A stretch of 64,000 nucleotides of DNA from Dictyostelium discoideum (lineage: Eukaryota), in contig CM000151.3 of assembly GCA_000004695.1 (NCBI GenBank), positions 3,872,001 through 3,936,000 of the forward strand, read 5' to 3'. Positions 15,023 to 26,523 of this stretch are shown piece by piece; position 1 is the stretch's first letter, and each line of letters starts with the position of its first letter. The notes under the pieces were generated by a model. That model had not been told where the DNA came from. It saw nothing but the letters and a program-made list of their open reading frames with translations, and ran no database searches. A program made the position numbers and the translations under genes.

Positions 15023-15063
15023 ATGTCTGGAAAAAATAGATTAAATATTTTCCCAACTAGAAT
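15023..15063 (+). CDS. vatD: V-type ATPase subunit D, exon 1 (MSGKNRLNIFPTRM)
   Basis: matches V-ATPase D N-terminus MSGKDRIEIFPSRM; donor AT|GTATGG at 15064. Confidence 0.8.
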
Positions 15064-15162
15064 GTATGGTTATAGATATTTTTAATAATAATAATAAAAA
15101 AAGAATGCTATAGTTTTAGCTTTTTCACTTCACACCAACCAACCAATCAATCAATCAATCGG

Positions 15163-15194
<32 letters not shown>

Positions 15195-15289
15195 CTTATA
15201 AACAATTATGAATGGTTATATTAATCTTTTTTTTTTTTATTTTTTTAATTAATAATAATAATAAAAAATAATAATAAAAATATATATAG

Positions 15290-15710
15290 GGCATTAACAG
15301 TGATGAAAACCAAATTAAAGGGTGCTGTCACTGGTCATTCACTTTTAAAAAAGAAATCAGATGCTCTTACAATTCGTTTCAGAAGAATTTTAGCAAACAT
15401 TGTTGAAAACAAACAATTAATGGGTACAACAATGAGAGATGCATCATTCTCTCTTGCTGCTGCTAAATATGCTGCAGGTGAATTCTCAAACTCTGTAATT
15501 GAAAACGTTTCAAATCCAACCATCGCCGTCAAAATGACCACTGAAAATGTTGCTGGTGTTCATTTACCAACTTTTGAGAAAATCTCTGAAGGTGTCGTTA
15601 GCAATTCACAAGAACTTACTGGTCTTTCAAAAGGTGGTCAACAAATTAATAAATCTCGTGAATCACACATTAAAGCTGTCGAAGCTTTAATTGCTCTCGC
15701 TTCTTTACAA
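15290..15710 (+). CDS. vatD: V-ATPase subunit D exon 2
   Basis: acceptor tatAG at 15288-89; ALTVMKTKLKGAVTGHSLLKKKSDALTIRFRRIL...NVAGVHLPTF...ELTGL.KGG...AVEALIALASLQ matches subunit D throughout; donor CAA|GTATGT at 15711. Confidence 0.9.
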
Positions 15711-15729
15711 GTATGTCCATTTTAATAAT

Positions 15730-15830
<101 letters not shown>

Positions 15831-15874
15831 TATTATAATATTAACTTTTTATATTTTTAAAAATAATTTTTTAG

Positions 15875-16186
15875 ACTGCTTTCATTACATTGGATGAAGT
15901 TATTAAAATTACAAATAGACGTGTTAATGCAATTGAATACGTAGTTAAACCAAAACTTGAAAATACCATCAGTTATATTATTACAGAGTTGGATGAAAGT
16001 GAAAGAGAAGAGTTTTACAGATTGAAGAAAGTTCAAGGTAAAAAGAAGAAAGATTTGAAAGCAAAAGAAGCACAAAAAGAAGAAAACTCTGCAAATAAAA
16101 CAATCATGGAACCAGCCTCTGTTCATAAAGTTAGAAGTCTCATCGATGATGAACCAGAAGATGCTGAATTATTATATGAAGATTAA
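15875..16186 (+). CDS. vatD: V-ATPase subunit D exon 3 ([52 protein letters not shown]...)
   Basis: acceptor ttttAG at 15873-74; conserved [19 protein letters not shown]....T..YI..ELDE.EREEF.RLKK; stop TAA at 16184-86; intron 2 contains an (ATA)n repeat. Confidence 0.9.
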   Translation, partial: TAFITLDEVIKITNRRVNAIEYVVKPKLENTISYIITELDESEREEFYRLKKVQGKKKKDLKAKEAQKEENSANKTIMEPASVHKVRSLIDDEPEDAELLYED

Positions 16187-16366
16187 ATTTATTTAAAAAA
16201 AATAATAAAATAAAATAATAAAATAAAAATAAAAATAAATAAATTATAAATAAAAATATCGCATGTAATAAACTCATACAAAAGAAAAAGAAAAAAAAAA
16301 AAAAAAGAGAATTTCTGTTCTATTTACAAATTTTTTTTTTTTTATTTTACTTTTTGATTGATAATT

Positions 16367-16678
16367 TCATATATTATTTTCAAAAATACCATTTGGTTGT
16401 TGTTGTTGTTGTTGTTGATTTTGGTGGTTTTGTTGTTGTTGATGATGATTTGTATTTTCACAGTTAAATTCGTTAAAATCAGAAATAATACCTAATAATC
16501 TACCAGTTTGTAATTGTTTTTGTTCAGCTACACCTAATGCTAAAGCCCAATCTTCAAGTTTTTGTGTATGTTGTTTTAATTCTTCTTTTGAATATTTTGA
16601 TAGTTCGTTGAATTTAATTTTAAAACTATCATCCACTAATGGATCTAAAAACTCCACTAATTGCTTTACTCTATCATC
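16367..16678 (-). CDS. Small hypothetical protein, main exon (DDRVKQLVEFLDPLVDDSFKIKFNELSKYSKEELKQHTQKLEDWALALGVAEQKQLQTGRLLGII... with Q/H-rich tail)
   Basis: ORF 16367..16657 extended in frame to acceptor attAG at 16680-79; no family recognised. Confidence 0.5.
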   Translation of the reverse strand, partial: DDRVKQLVEFLDPLVDDSFKIKFNELSKYSKEELKQHTQKLEDWALALGVAEQKQLQTGRLLGIISDFNEFNCENTNHHQQQQNHQNQQQQQQQPNGIFENNI

Positions 16679-16776
16679 CTAATAATATTAAAATTATTTA
16701 TTATTAATATTAATATTATGAATTTCTTTTTAAAACGATTATTTATTTATTTATTTATTTATTTTTTAATATATAC

Positions 16777-16791
16777 ATGTGTGTCTGACAT
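16777..16791 (-). CDS. Possible 15-nt first exon (MSDTH) of the small hypothetical gene
   Basis: ATG TCA GAC ACA CAT|GTATAT, in phase 0 with the downstream exon; weak. Confidence 0.25.
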
Positions 16792-17249
16792 TTCATTTAT
16801 GATTAATGTCAAAACAAAAAAAAAAAAAAAAAAAATCCAAAAAAAACAAAAAAAAAAAAAAAAAAATTAAAAAATAACAATTAACAAATAATAAATTATA
16901 ATTTTAAATTTATTTTTAGTTGTTTTATAACATGTTACTTTGAATAAAAAAATTATAATAAATAACTTATTAATTTTTTTATTTTTTTATTTGTTTTTTG
17001 TCATTTGTTATTTGTTATTTGTTATTTCTATTTTAATTTGAAAATTACAAATAACAAATAAAAAATAAAAAATAAAAAATAAAAAATAATCTTAAAGTTA
17101 ATTACTATTATTAAATTGATAAGAAAAAAAAATAAAAAATAAAAAATAAAATTTTTTATTTTAAAATTATTATTTATTAATTTTTTATTTTATTTATTTA
17201 CTTTTAAAATTAAAAATTTTAATTAATTAAATTAAAAAATTAAATTATT

Positions 17250-17950
17250 TTAAAATTGACCAGTTTTAATTTTTGGAGACATTGGTTTTTCATTCAACCA
17301 ATCACTTCTTTTTTCAAATTTGGTAGTTTTTCCATCACTATCTTTTTTGATCATAATTTCTTCTTTTTTGATTAATTTTGGAGAGTTGAGACCAGTTGTT
17401 TGAGTCATTTGAGTAGTGGTTTGAGTGAATTCAGAAGCCATTTTAGCACCCTTTGAAATGGATAGGATTGGTGCTGGCATTGGTTTAACATTGAGTACAC
17501 AACTATCGGATTTTTGTAAGATAATTTCAGGAGTACCTTTGAATTCAGAGATTCTAACGATTGGTTCACTTCTAAAGAGTTTAATTAATGGTTCTTGTTG
17601 AGAGACATTAATATTTGGTGGAGTTGCAGCTGCGAATGAAACCATTGGTTTTGAGGATTGAATTTGAACTTCTGGTTTTTGTTGATTAATGATAACTGAT
17701 GCTTTTGGTTGGTTTACACTAACCATTGGTTCTCTTTGAATAAATTCAACTCTTGGTGCCATTTGATTCACATCAATGATTGGTGCATGTTGATCCAAAA
17801 AGATTCTTGGTGCTGGTTGTTGAATTTCAACTTGTGCTGCTGGTACTGTAACTTCAGCTCTTAATGATTTTTCAACAACATCCAAATCTGTTGCATTCTC
17901 TTTAATGATAATTTCTGGTGGAACTTCATAGACATTAATATTGTCCTTAC
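17250..17950 (-). CDS. Repeat-protein paralogue A, exon 2 (GKDNINVYEVPPEIIIKENATDLDVVEKSLRAEVTVPAAQVEIQQPAPRI...; tandem PxVxVxQ-type repeats)
   Basis: acceptor ataAG at 17952-51 restores frame (G+GT); ORF 17250..17885 plus 5' extension; about 12-residue repeats xP.V.V.Q..P. Confidence 0.6.
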
Positions 17951-17965
17951 CTTATTTTTTAAAAA

Positions 17966-17997
<32 letters not shown>

Positions 17998-18067
17998 AAA
18001 AATATTTTAGTTTAAAATTATTTTTAAATAAAAAATATTTAAATATTAAATTATAATAATTATTTAC

Positions 18068-18260
18068 CTTCATCAACTTTAATTTGAGTTTGTTGTTTTT
18101 CAACTAATACTCTTTGTCTTGGTTGTTCTAATTTAATGACACCATCATCATAATTGTTAACCCAAGTTTGTTGTTTAACAATTTTAGTTGTGGTTTTTTC
18201 ATTATCAGAGAAACGTGGAGTACCTTTTTGGCAAGTGGTTTTAATTTGATTTAAATCCAT
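18068..18260 (-). CDS. Repeat-protein paralogue A, exon 1 (MDLNQIKTTCQKGTPRFSDNEK...VLVEKQQTQIKVDE-)
   Basis: ORF 18060..18260; donor G|GTAAAT at 18067; divergently oriented to paralogue B. Confidence 0.6.
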
Positions 18261-18264
18261 TGTT

Positions 18265-18295
<31 letters not shown>

Positions 18296-19025
18296 AGAAA
18301 TTTATTGTAAATAATTGTTTATTTTTATTATTTATTAGATTGTTATTTGAGTGAATGAATTAAAATTTTTTTTTTTTTTTGTTTAAAAAGAAAATCAAAA
18401 ACATAGTAAAATTTAACTTTGAAAAAAAATGTGTTTTTTTTTTTTTAGATCTCTAATAACCACCATATTAATTATAGATTGATATTTTATTTTGGATTTT
18501 TTTTTTTTTTTAATTAAAATTAAAATTTAATTTCCTATTTTAGATATTAGAAAAAATTAAAAAAAATAAAAAAATAAAAATAAAATTAAATTTTTTTTTT
18601 TTTTTTTTTTTTTACTAAAATAGATTTTTACTTTTATTTTATTTTTTTTATTTTTTTATTTTTTTTTACTAAAATATTTTTAATTGGGACAATAGATATT
18701 TTATTATGTTTTTTTTTTTTTCTTTTATTTTTGTTTTTTTATTATTAATAAAAAAAAAAAAAAAATAAATAAAAATAAAAAAAAATTTAAAAATAAATAA
18801 ATTAAATTAAAATGATAATATCGATCTTTTATCAAAACATTTAAGAGATTTAAGTAAAAAAAAAAAAAAAAAAAAAAAGGTTTGTTTTTATAGTTTATAA
18901 AAAAATTTTTTTTTTTTATTTTTCCAAGTTTCATTTTAATAAATATTTTCTAAATAAATATATAAATATAAATATATAAATTTTTTAAATAAAAAAAATA
19001 TAATTCATAGTAATTTTTAATCTAT

Positions 19026-19056
<31 letters not shown>

Positions 19057-19057
<1 letters not shown>

Positions 19058-19647
19058 TGGTTGAAAAAGTTTATTCAAGTTCACCAAAGCAACAAGCTGA
19101 TGAAAGAGTTTATTCAACAACAGGAAATGCTGGAACCTATAGGGATAGCTACGATATTTCAGTTAAACAACAACCAGCTCATTTAACATTTGATCAAACA
19201 CCAATGTATTTAGAATTGAATGAAATCGCTAAACATATTTCAGTGGAGAGAGCTCAACCAACCGTTAACATTGGTCGTGCCGCCGATTTAATTCAAGTTA
19301 AACAAGAACCAGTTCAAGTCCAAGTTCAACAAAATGCAACCGATGTAAATGTTACCACTGAACAACAAGTTATCGAAGTTCAACAAGTTGCTCCAGAAGT
19401 TGAAATTGAACAATATATGCCAAAATTCTATCTTAAAATGCCACCATTCCGTGTTCATTTGGAAATGGACGGTGCTCCTGAAATCATTATGGAACCATAT
19501 CAACCTTCCATTAAAGTTAAACAATCTGATCCAATCGTTCGTGTAACTAAACCTGATCCAAGAGTTTTAGTTACTGAAAATCCACCAAAAATTGATATCA
19601 TTCAAAATGCTTCTTCTGTTGATGTTATTCCTTCAACTAAAGCTTCT
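19057..19647 (+). CDS. Repeat-protein paralogue B, exon 1 (PxVxVxQ repeats: QPTVNIG.., EPVQVQVQQ, VIEVQQVAPEVEIEQ, SDPIVRVTKPDPRVLVTENPPKIDIIQ)
   Basis: ATG 19057; donor TCT|GTAAGT at 19648. Confidence 0.7.
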
Positions 19648-19739
19648 GTAAGTTTTAATTATTTTAAAAAATCTTATATATATATATTAATAATTATACT
19701 AACTTTTTTTTTTTTTTTTTTTTTTTTTAAAATTAATAG

Positions 19740-20538
19740 ATCCAAGTTAAAGAAGATAAACCAAAGATTACTATTCAAGAATATAATCCAACAATGACAT
19801 TTAGAGAAGGTGAAACTAAATTTGATTATAAATCATTCCAACCAGAAGTTCAATGGGAGAATCCAACACCAAAGGTTACAGTTTCACAAGGTGAACCAAC
19901 AATTAGAGTTTCACAAGATACACCATCAATCGGACTTAAGAATAGAGAACCATCAGTTACTATCAATACTAAAGCACCAAAGATCGATGTTCATCATCAT
20001 CCATTATCAGTATCTGTCGTTGAGCCAGCTACAACTGTTCATTTCGGTAATCCAAATAGCTATGCTGCCGCTGCCGCTCATCAACCACATGAACATAATT
20101 GGGAAGAAATTAAAGCAATTAAAGTTGACCAACCATTAGAGAAAATCGGTCATTTCTATTCCCCATCTGAAAAGACCCTAACTTCATTCAATTTATGGAA
20201 AAACATATTAACCTCAACTGAAAAAGTTATTGCAAACAAAGGTGTTGGTAGAAATTTCTTTACCCTTATCGACACTCATGAAAATAAAATCTGTGAATGT
20301 TTCAAAGAGGATTTAGGTCTCCACAGATTCAATCTCAACATTCGTTCTTCAACTGGTGACCTTTTATTCAAAGGTGAATCTCAAGGTCGTACACTTAAAC
20401 TCTTTGATACTCAAGGTACTTTATTCTGTACCGTTGAATGTAGTAAAGATCAAGTAGAATGTTTCAATGATAAAGGTCAATTATGTTTCAATTTATTACC
20501 AAATTCTATGAAATGGTTCTTTGATATTAGAAACAAAG
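19740..20538 (+). CDS. Paralogue B exon 2 (IQVKEDKPKITIQEYNPTMTFREGE...EPTIRVSQDTPSIGLKNREPSVTINTKAPKIDVHHHP..., then a Cys-containing beta-rich C-terminal domain, possibly LURP-one/tubby-like)
   Basis: acceptor aatAG at 19738-39; ORF 19794..20543; donor G|GTTAGT at 20539. Confidence 0.65.
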
Positions 20539-20672
20539 GTTAGTAGTATTATATTAAATTTTAATTTATAATAATAATGTTTTATATATAATTCTCTCTC
20601 TAATACATTATTCTTTTTTTTTTTCTTTTTCTTTTTTTTTAATTGTAATAAAAACTAATACTACCAATTTAG

Positions 20673-20812
20673 CTCAATCAACAATTGGAGCACTTAACAA
20701 GAATGGAAGTAAAACTGGAGGATATATGATGGATTTCCCAAGAGATTTAATTCCAAATGATAAGATGTTATTAATTTCATCTATGTTCTTAATTGATGAT
20801 TGTTTCGAATAG
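20673..20812 (+). CDS. Paralogue B putative exon 3 (AQSTIGALNKNGSKTGGYMMDFPRDLIPNDKMLLISSMFLIDDCFE*)
   Basis: acceptor atttAG at 20671-72; 46-codon open frame ending TAG at 20810-12; phase-compatible with the exon 2 donor. Confidence 0.4.
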
Positions 20813-20977
20813 ACAATATTCTGAATGCTCAATTCTCAACAATTAAATTAATTTTTAACAATTTTAAAAGTTAAAATAAAAATAAATATAAATTTCATAT
20901 AATATTAAAGTTTGTTTTTTATTTATTTATTTATTTATTTTCTTATTTTTTTTTTTTTTCTTATTTTTTTTTTTTTT

Positions 20978-22884
20978 TTATATATTTTCAGTTATGTTTT
21001 GTTGAATTTGTTGATCAATTGGTTCCTGTTGAACAAGATCTTGATCTTTTGGAGGTTGGTCTAAGTTTGATTCTTGCTCTATTGCTAGTTCTTGTGATTG
21101 TTGTTCAATTGCCATTGAATCTTGTTGTTGAGTTGGTTGTTGTGGTTGTTCAATTGACATTAATTCTTGTTCTTGTTGTTGTTGTTGTTGTTCTTGTTGT
21201 TGTTGTTGTTGTTGTTGTTCTTGTTGTTGTGGTTGTTGTTGTGGTTGTGGTTGTGATTGTGATGGAACAATAGAATGAGTTTGTGGTAAAGAAGGAATAG
21301 TGGATAATTGTTGTTGAGTTGGTTTAATTAATTTTTTAACAATTTCTTGATAATATACCCTACCTTGTTTTGAAGTATAATTTGTAGAAACTTTTTGAAC
21401 AACATTTTGAACATAAGACTTTGAAAGGAATAAACCTAAATTATGAATGATAGTCTCAACATCTTCTTCTCTAAGGTAGTTTACTCTATTCAAATCAAAG
21501 AAATGGAAAGACTCTAAAACCTTTGCTGATTCATCGACTTGTGTGCCAATGGTGGTTGATGTTGAAGAAGAAGCATTACTAGTTACAGAAGATCTTTGAT
21601 TCTCTGCTGAATTTCTGTTACTATCATCTTTATTAGATAGATTTGGAGAATTAATTGATGATGATGATGTATTACTAGTATTAGTATTATTACTACTATT
21701 ATCATTATTGTTATAATTATTACTCTCAATATTATATTCATTATTATTATCATTTTGATTATTATTTTCATTTTGATTATTATTATTATTATCATTATTA
21801 TTTATTTCATTATTATTATTATTATTATTATTAATATTATTAGTATTATTATTTAATCCCTCATTTAACTCACCTTCAATTTGAACTGGCTCATTGTTAG
21901 TGTTAGTTAGTGTATTGTCCCCTATAATCTCACCATTTTCAGTATTATCAGTGGAAGATTCTCCATCCAATTTAACCTTTTTATCAGTAACTCCACAAAC
22001 ATCTTGTTGTGGTGATTTCTCTGTACTCTTTCTATTTCCATCCAAAGAAGAACTATCAGTTGGTTGATTAGTACCATTGTTGTTATTATTATTATTATTA
22101 TTATTATTAGTATTAGTATTATTTGAAGTATTGATTTCACTATTTTCACCCCTAAAAGCATGATTATCATCTCTCTTTCTCTTTAAGGTTGTATCAGTAA
22201 TTTCATCAGATTCTTGGCTTGTTGGTCTATAATTTACAATTGAAGTTAAAATATTTGTACCCATATCTCTACAAAGCATTAAATAGAATAACTCTGAAAA
22301 TAAAGATGCTTCAAATGTACCCTCATGTGTATCGGATTCATCATAATCTAATAAACCATCAAGAGATAACATCATTGCCTTATATCTATTACCTTCTGAT
22401 GATGGTGTTATGACATTATAAAACTTTGAAGCCTTTGGTAAATGTAATGATCCATGAGTTGTTGTTGCTGTTGCTGCTGTTGTTGTTGGTACTGCTGCTG
22501 CTGGTTTAGTTGTATTTGAAGTTGTTGATGATTTTGGTGGTTGATTTTGTTCAGTATTACTAGAAGTTTCATCATTATCAAAATCTTTTGAAACATGATC
22601 TTTTGGAGCTTGATCTTCCTCCTCTTCTTCTTCAGTAGTTTTAGTAGTAGCGGTAGTAACTCCAACAGGAGCTGATGGTGTTGTTTCAGAAACTGTTGGA
22701 ACTTTTAATAAGGAATCAACATCCATTGGTTGAATATCAGTGATATCTGGTACATATATAACGGTAATCTCTTGGTAATATGATTGTTCTTCAGTTGGTG
22801 GTCTATAATAATGAACTTCCATAAATTTATACCATTTTTTGCATCCACTTAAATCAATTTGAGTATATTCTTTAGTTGTACGAC
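20978..22884 (-). CDS. DBC1/CCAR-family protein (cell-cycle and apoptosis regulator homologue), exon 2: inactive Nudix-like region, N/S-rich spacer, EF-hand-like C-terminal domain
   Basis: [30 protein letters not shown]....ITVIYVPDI aligns to human DBC1 IRCAQAQTGIDLSGCTKWWRFAEFQYLQPGP...VVVYLPDV; [30 protein letters not shown] aligns to DBC1 FVFFDANWCGYLHRRDLERILLTLGIRLS; acceptor tatAG at about 22886-85. Confidence 0.75.
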
Positions 22885-22924
22885 TATATTTTTATTAATA
22901 AAATTAAATAATATTAGTAAATTT

Positions 22925-22976
<52 letters not shown>

Positions 22977-22993
22977 CAAATAAGCACACATAC

Positions 22994-24936
22994 ATTGCAG
23001 TATTAATTAAAGTTTGAGGATCATTAACATCTTCACCATCTAAATCTGGTAACCAAGTACCACCAATACAAGAGATATCTTTATCTTCTTTAGAAACTAA
23101 AAATTTAATTTTCTTTGTAATTGAAGGATCTTCAATATTTGAGTAGAAAGAATATAACATTACTTTTGAATTATATTTGATATGAGTTGTTGATTTATTA
23201 AGTTGTTGTTGTTGTTGTTGCTGTTGCTGTTGTTTACTGAAGGAAGTTTTATGGATATCAACTTTTTCAAAACCAAAATCCTTAATATCAATTAAGAATG
23301 GTATATTTTGATTTACCTCGATACGTTGTTGTGGCTCTTCACCACCAGTTGAATCGATCCAACTTGAAACTAAACGAGTGAAATCTGGTGAAATTTGTAA
23401 ACGACTGAATATATTTTTCAATGATGAATAGTCATAGTTCTCTTGAGTGAATTGATGTGATGGTATCTTTGTTGAATATTTCTTATCACCAGACGAGGTT
23501 GATGATGAAGATGATGATTCTGTTGATTTTCTACTTTCCTTTTCATAATCTTTTTTAGATGATGATGTTGATGAAGATGATGTTGATGAAGTTGATGAGG
23601 ATGAATATGAACCTTTATCACGATATTTATTAGTGAAATCACCTCCACTTCTATTACCACCACCACCGCCACCACCGCTATAATCTCTACTACCACCACC
23701 ACTATAGCCATCTTTACTTTTATAAGATTTCGATCTATTTATACTATTATTATTGTTATTATTGCTATTCATATTATTACTACCTTTACCCCATGATGAT
23801 CCACTACCTCTAGGGAAATCTTTGATATTAATTCCCATAACAGTGTTGCCACTATTATTTTGATTATTATTTTGATTATTATTTTGGTTATTGTAGTTTT
23901 GGTTTGAACTATTTCTATTATCATTTCCCATATTATTGTTATTCATTGTAGTAGTATTATTATTCATATTATTCATATTATTCATATTATTCATTCCCAT
24001 GTTATTCATACCACTGCCCATATTCATATTGTTATTCATGTTATTATTATTATTATTCATATTATTGTTACTCATACCACCCATATTATTCATATTATTA
24101 TTATTCATGTTACTATTCATGTTACTATTCATGTTACTATTCATGCTACTATTCATGTTATTATTCATATTATTATTATTCATATTATTATTCATATTAT
24201 TATTATTCATATTATTTCCCATTGGTCTATTACCACCTCCACTTACAACTCCACCTGAAGATTGTTGATTTGGTGATGTCCTATTAACCAATGTATTATT
24301 ATTATTATTATTGCTATTGTTATTGATATTATTATTATTGTTGTTGTTATTTTGTTGGTTCATTCTTGGGTCATATTGGTTATAATTATAGTTTTGATAT
24401 TTATTGAAATTTTGATTACCACCACCACTGCTACCACCACCCATATTATTCATATTGTTATTATTATTCATATTATTATTCATGTTATTATTGATATTAT
24501 TATTATTCATATTATTATTATTATTCATATTATTATTCATATTCATAGTGTTATTGAAATTTTGGTTTCCCATATTTCCACCACCACCACCACCCATATT
24601 ATTATTCATATTATTCATATTATTCATATTGTTCATATTGTTCATATTGTTCATATTATTATTATTATTATTCATACCCATATTACCACCCATATTATTA
24701 TTATTCATACCCATATTGCCCATGCCACCCCCCATATTATTCATATTATTACTATTATTATTATTATTATTATTATAGCCTTGGTTGCTATTATAACCTT
24801 GGTTACCACCACCACCACCACCAAATCTTTGTTGGTTCATGTTGTTGTTATTATTATTATTATTATTATAAGGATTATATCCTCCTTGTGGTTGTTGAGG
24901 TTGTTGATATTGGTTTGTTTGTTGATTCCAATCCAT
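22994..24936 (-). CDS. DBC1/CCAR-family protein exon 1: very long N/Q/G-rich prion-like N-terminus, then the conserved block ...[37 protein letters not shown]
   Basis: ATG 24936; [33 protein letters not shown] aligns to DBC1 KFLLGRKEEEAVLVGGEWSPSLDGLDPQADPQVLVRTA; donor AT|GTATGT at about 22993; the splice recreates the conserved TAIR. Confidence 0.75.
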
Positions 24937-26029
24937 GACAAAATGAAAATAATTTGAATTTTTTTGAACCTGCTAAAATTTTTTTTTTTTTTTTTTTTTT
25001 TAAAAAAATTTTAATTTAATTAAAAAAAAAATTAATAAAAATATGCACCAATTTAAGGTATGTTTGATGATCAAATGTTTTTTTTTTTTTTATTACTTTT
25101 TTTTTTTTTGATAAAAATTAAAATAAATAAAATAAAAATCTCTAAATTTTTATTTATTATAAATGGCTATTATAATTGTCTTTTTTTTTTTTTTTAGAAA
25201 AAAAAAAAAAAAAAGTTAACCAATGAAAAATAAAAAAAAAAAATCTGTGTGTGAAGGTGTTTTTTATTTATTTTTTTTTTTTTTTTTTTTACGATATCAA
25301 TTGTATCTCTTTACCAATAAATTTAAATTTGTAATATAGAAGATACAAATTTAAATAATAGAGTGAGATATTATTTACGATGAATATAAAATAATTATAT
25401 AATAAATCAAGATAACTTAAAATAGAAATAATTTTAAAAATTATTCTTGGAAAATAAAAAGATAGAATAATAATAATAATAAAAAAAACAAAATCCCTCC
25501 TTAATTAATTTAATTAAAAATAAAATGTGATGTGTTTAAATAGTTTTTAAAATTAAAAAAAAATAAAAATAAAAAAAAGATTATCTATAAAGTCAAATTA
25601 TGTATGTATCGATAGAAAAAAAAATATAAAAAAAAGAAAAAAAATAAAAAAAAAATAAAAAAAAATAAAAAATTTTAAAAAAAAAAAAAAAAAATAAAAA
25701 AAAATTCAAAAAGAAGTTCGTTAAATTTTTATAGTGACGTTTGGTTTGTTGTAGAATTTTAAAATAAAACAAATTGTTCAAATAAATTTAGTAAATATCC
25801 TATTTTTTTTATAAATTTTTTTTTTTTTTTTTTTTTTTTTTCAACATATTTATTTTTTATTCTTTTATTATTTGTTACATAATTATTAAAATAAAAAAAA
25901 AAAAATAAAAAAAAATTAATAAAAATAACCATAAGCCAATTAAAAAGTTTTTTTATATTATTGGGATGGAAAATTTATTTACTCCAAACAATTACCACTC
26001 AATTAAAATAAATCTTTGTCTTTTTGACA

Positions 26030-26063
<34 letters not shown>

Positions 26064-26332
26064 TAATTATATGTTTTTAAAGTTTACTATTGAACAATTA
26101 AAATAAAAAAAACCTCTTTATCATGATAACAAAACTTTCTTTTTTTGGCTTAATGGATCGCAGCGAAATTTAGAAAAAAAAAAAAAAAAAAAATTTATTT
26201 TTTATTTATTTTTTTTATTTATTTTTTTTTGTTTTTTTTTTTTTTTAAATTTAAAAAAATTAATTTAATTTTTTTCATTTTTTTTTTTATTTTTCATATT
26301 TATATATAATATTACACCCCATAACTAATAAA

Positions 26333-26417
26333 ATGTCATTCAATTCAAGAATTGAAACTATTTCTCGTCACTTAAGCACTGGACCAATTTTAGAATCAAA
26401 TCCAACTTCTGGATCAG
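26333..26417 (+). CDS. Peroxisomal 3-ketoacyl-CoA thiolase, exon 1, carrying a PTS2 signal (RIETISRHL)
   Basis: MSFNSRIETISRHLSTGPILESNPTSGS; R-I-x5-H-L fits the PTS2 consensus; donor G|GTAAAT at 26418. Confidence 0.8.
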
Positions 26418-26523
26418 GTAAATATAATTATAAATTTTTTTTTTTTTTATTATTTAAATTATTAATATAATTTATTATTATTTTTTATTATTTTCAAAAA
26501 AAAAAAAAAAAAAAAAACTATAG

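Noticed and set aside
22790-22830. Apparent frame inconsistency between my manual translation of the printed sequence (AGA CCC ACC AAC TGA) and the ORF-track protein (…[10 protein letters not shown]…) at the start of ORF 20978..22822, with a 1-nt offset of the stop of ORF 22849..24936
   Set aside because: This is most likely a 1-nt miscount on my side in a G/T-rich stretch rather than biology. I used track coordinates for ORF ends and flagged manually derived splice sites as +/-1-2 nt.
24960-26330. Transposable element or retrotransposon (TRE, DIRS, skipper-type) in the large ORF-free intervals
   Set aside because: There are no long ORFs with RT/integrase/gag motifs, and no terminal repeats. 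The intervals are simple AT-rich intergenic DNA.
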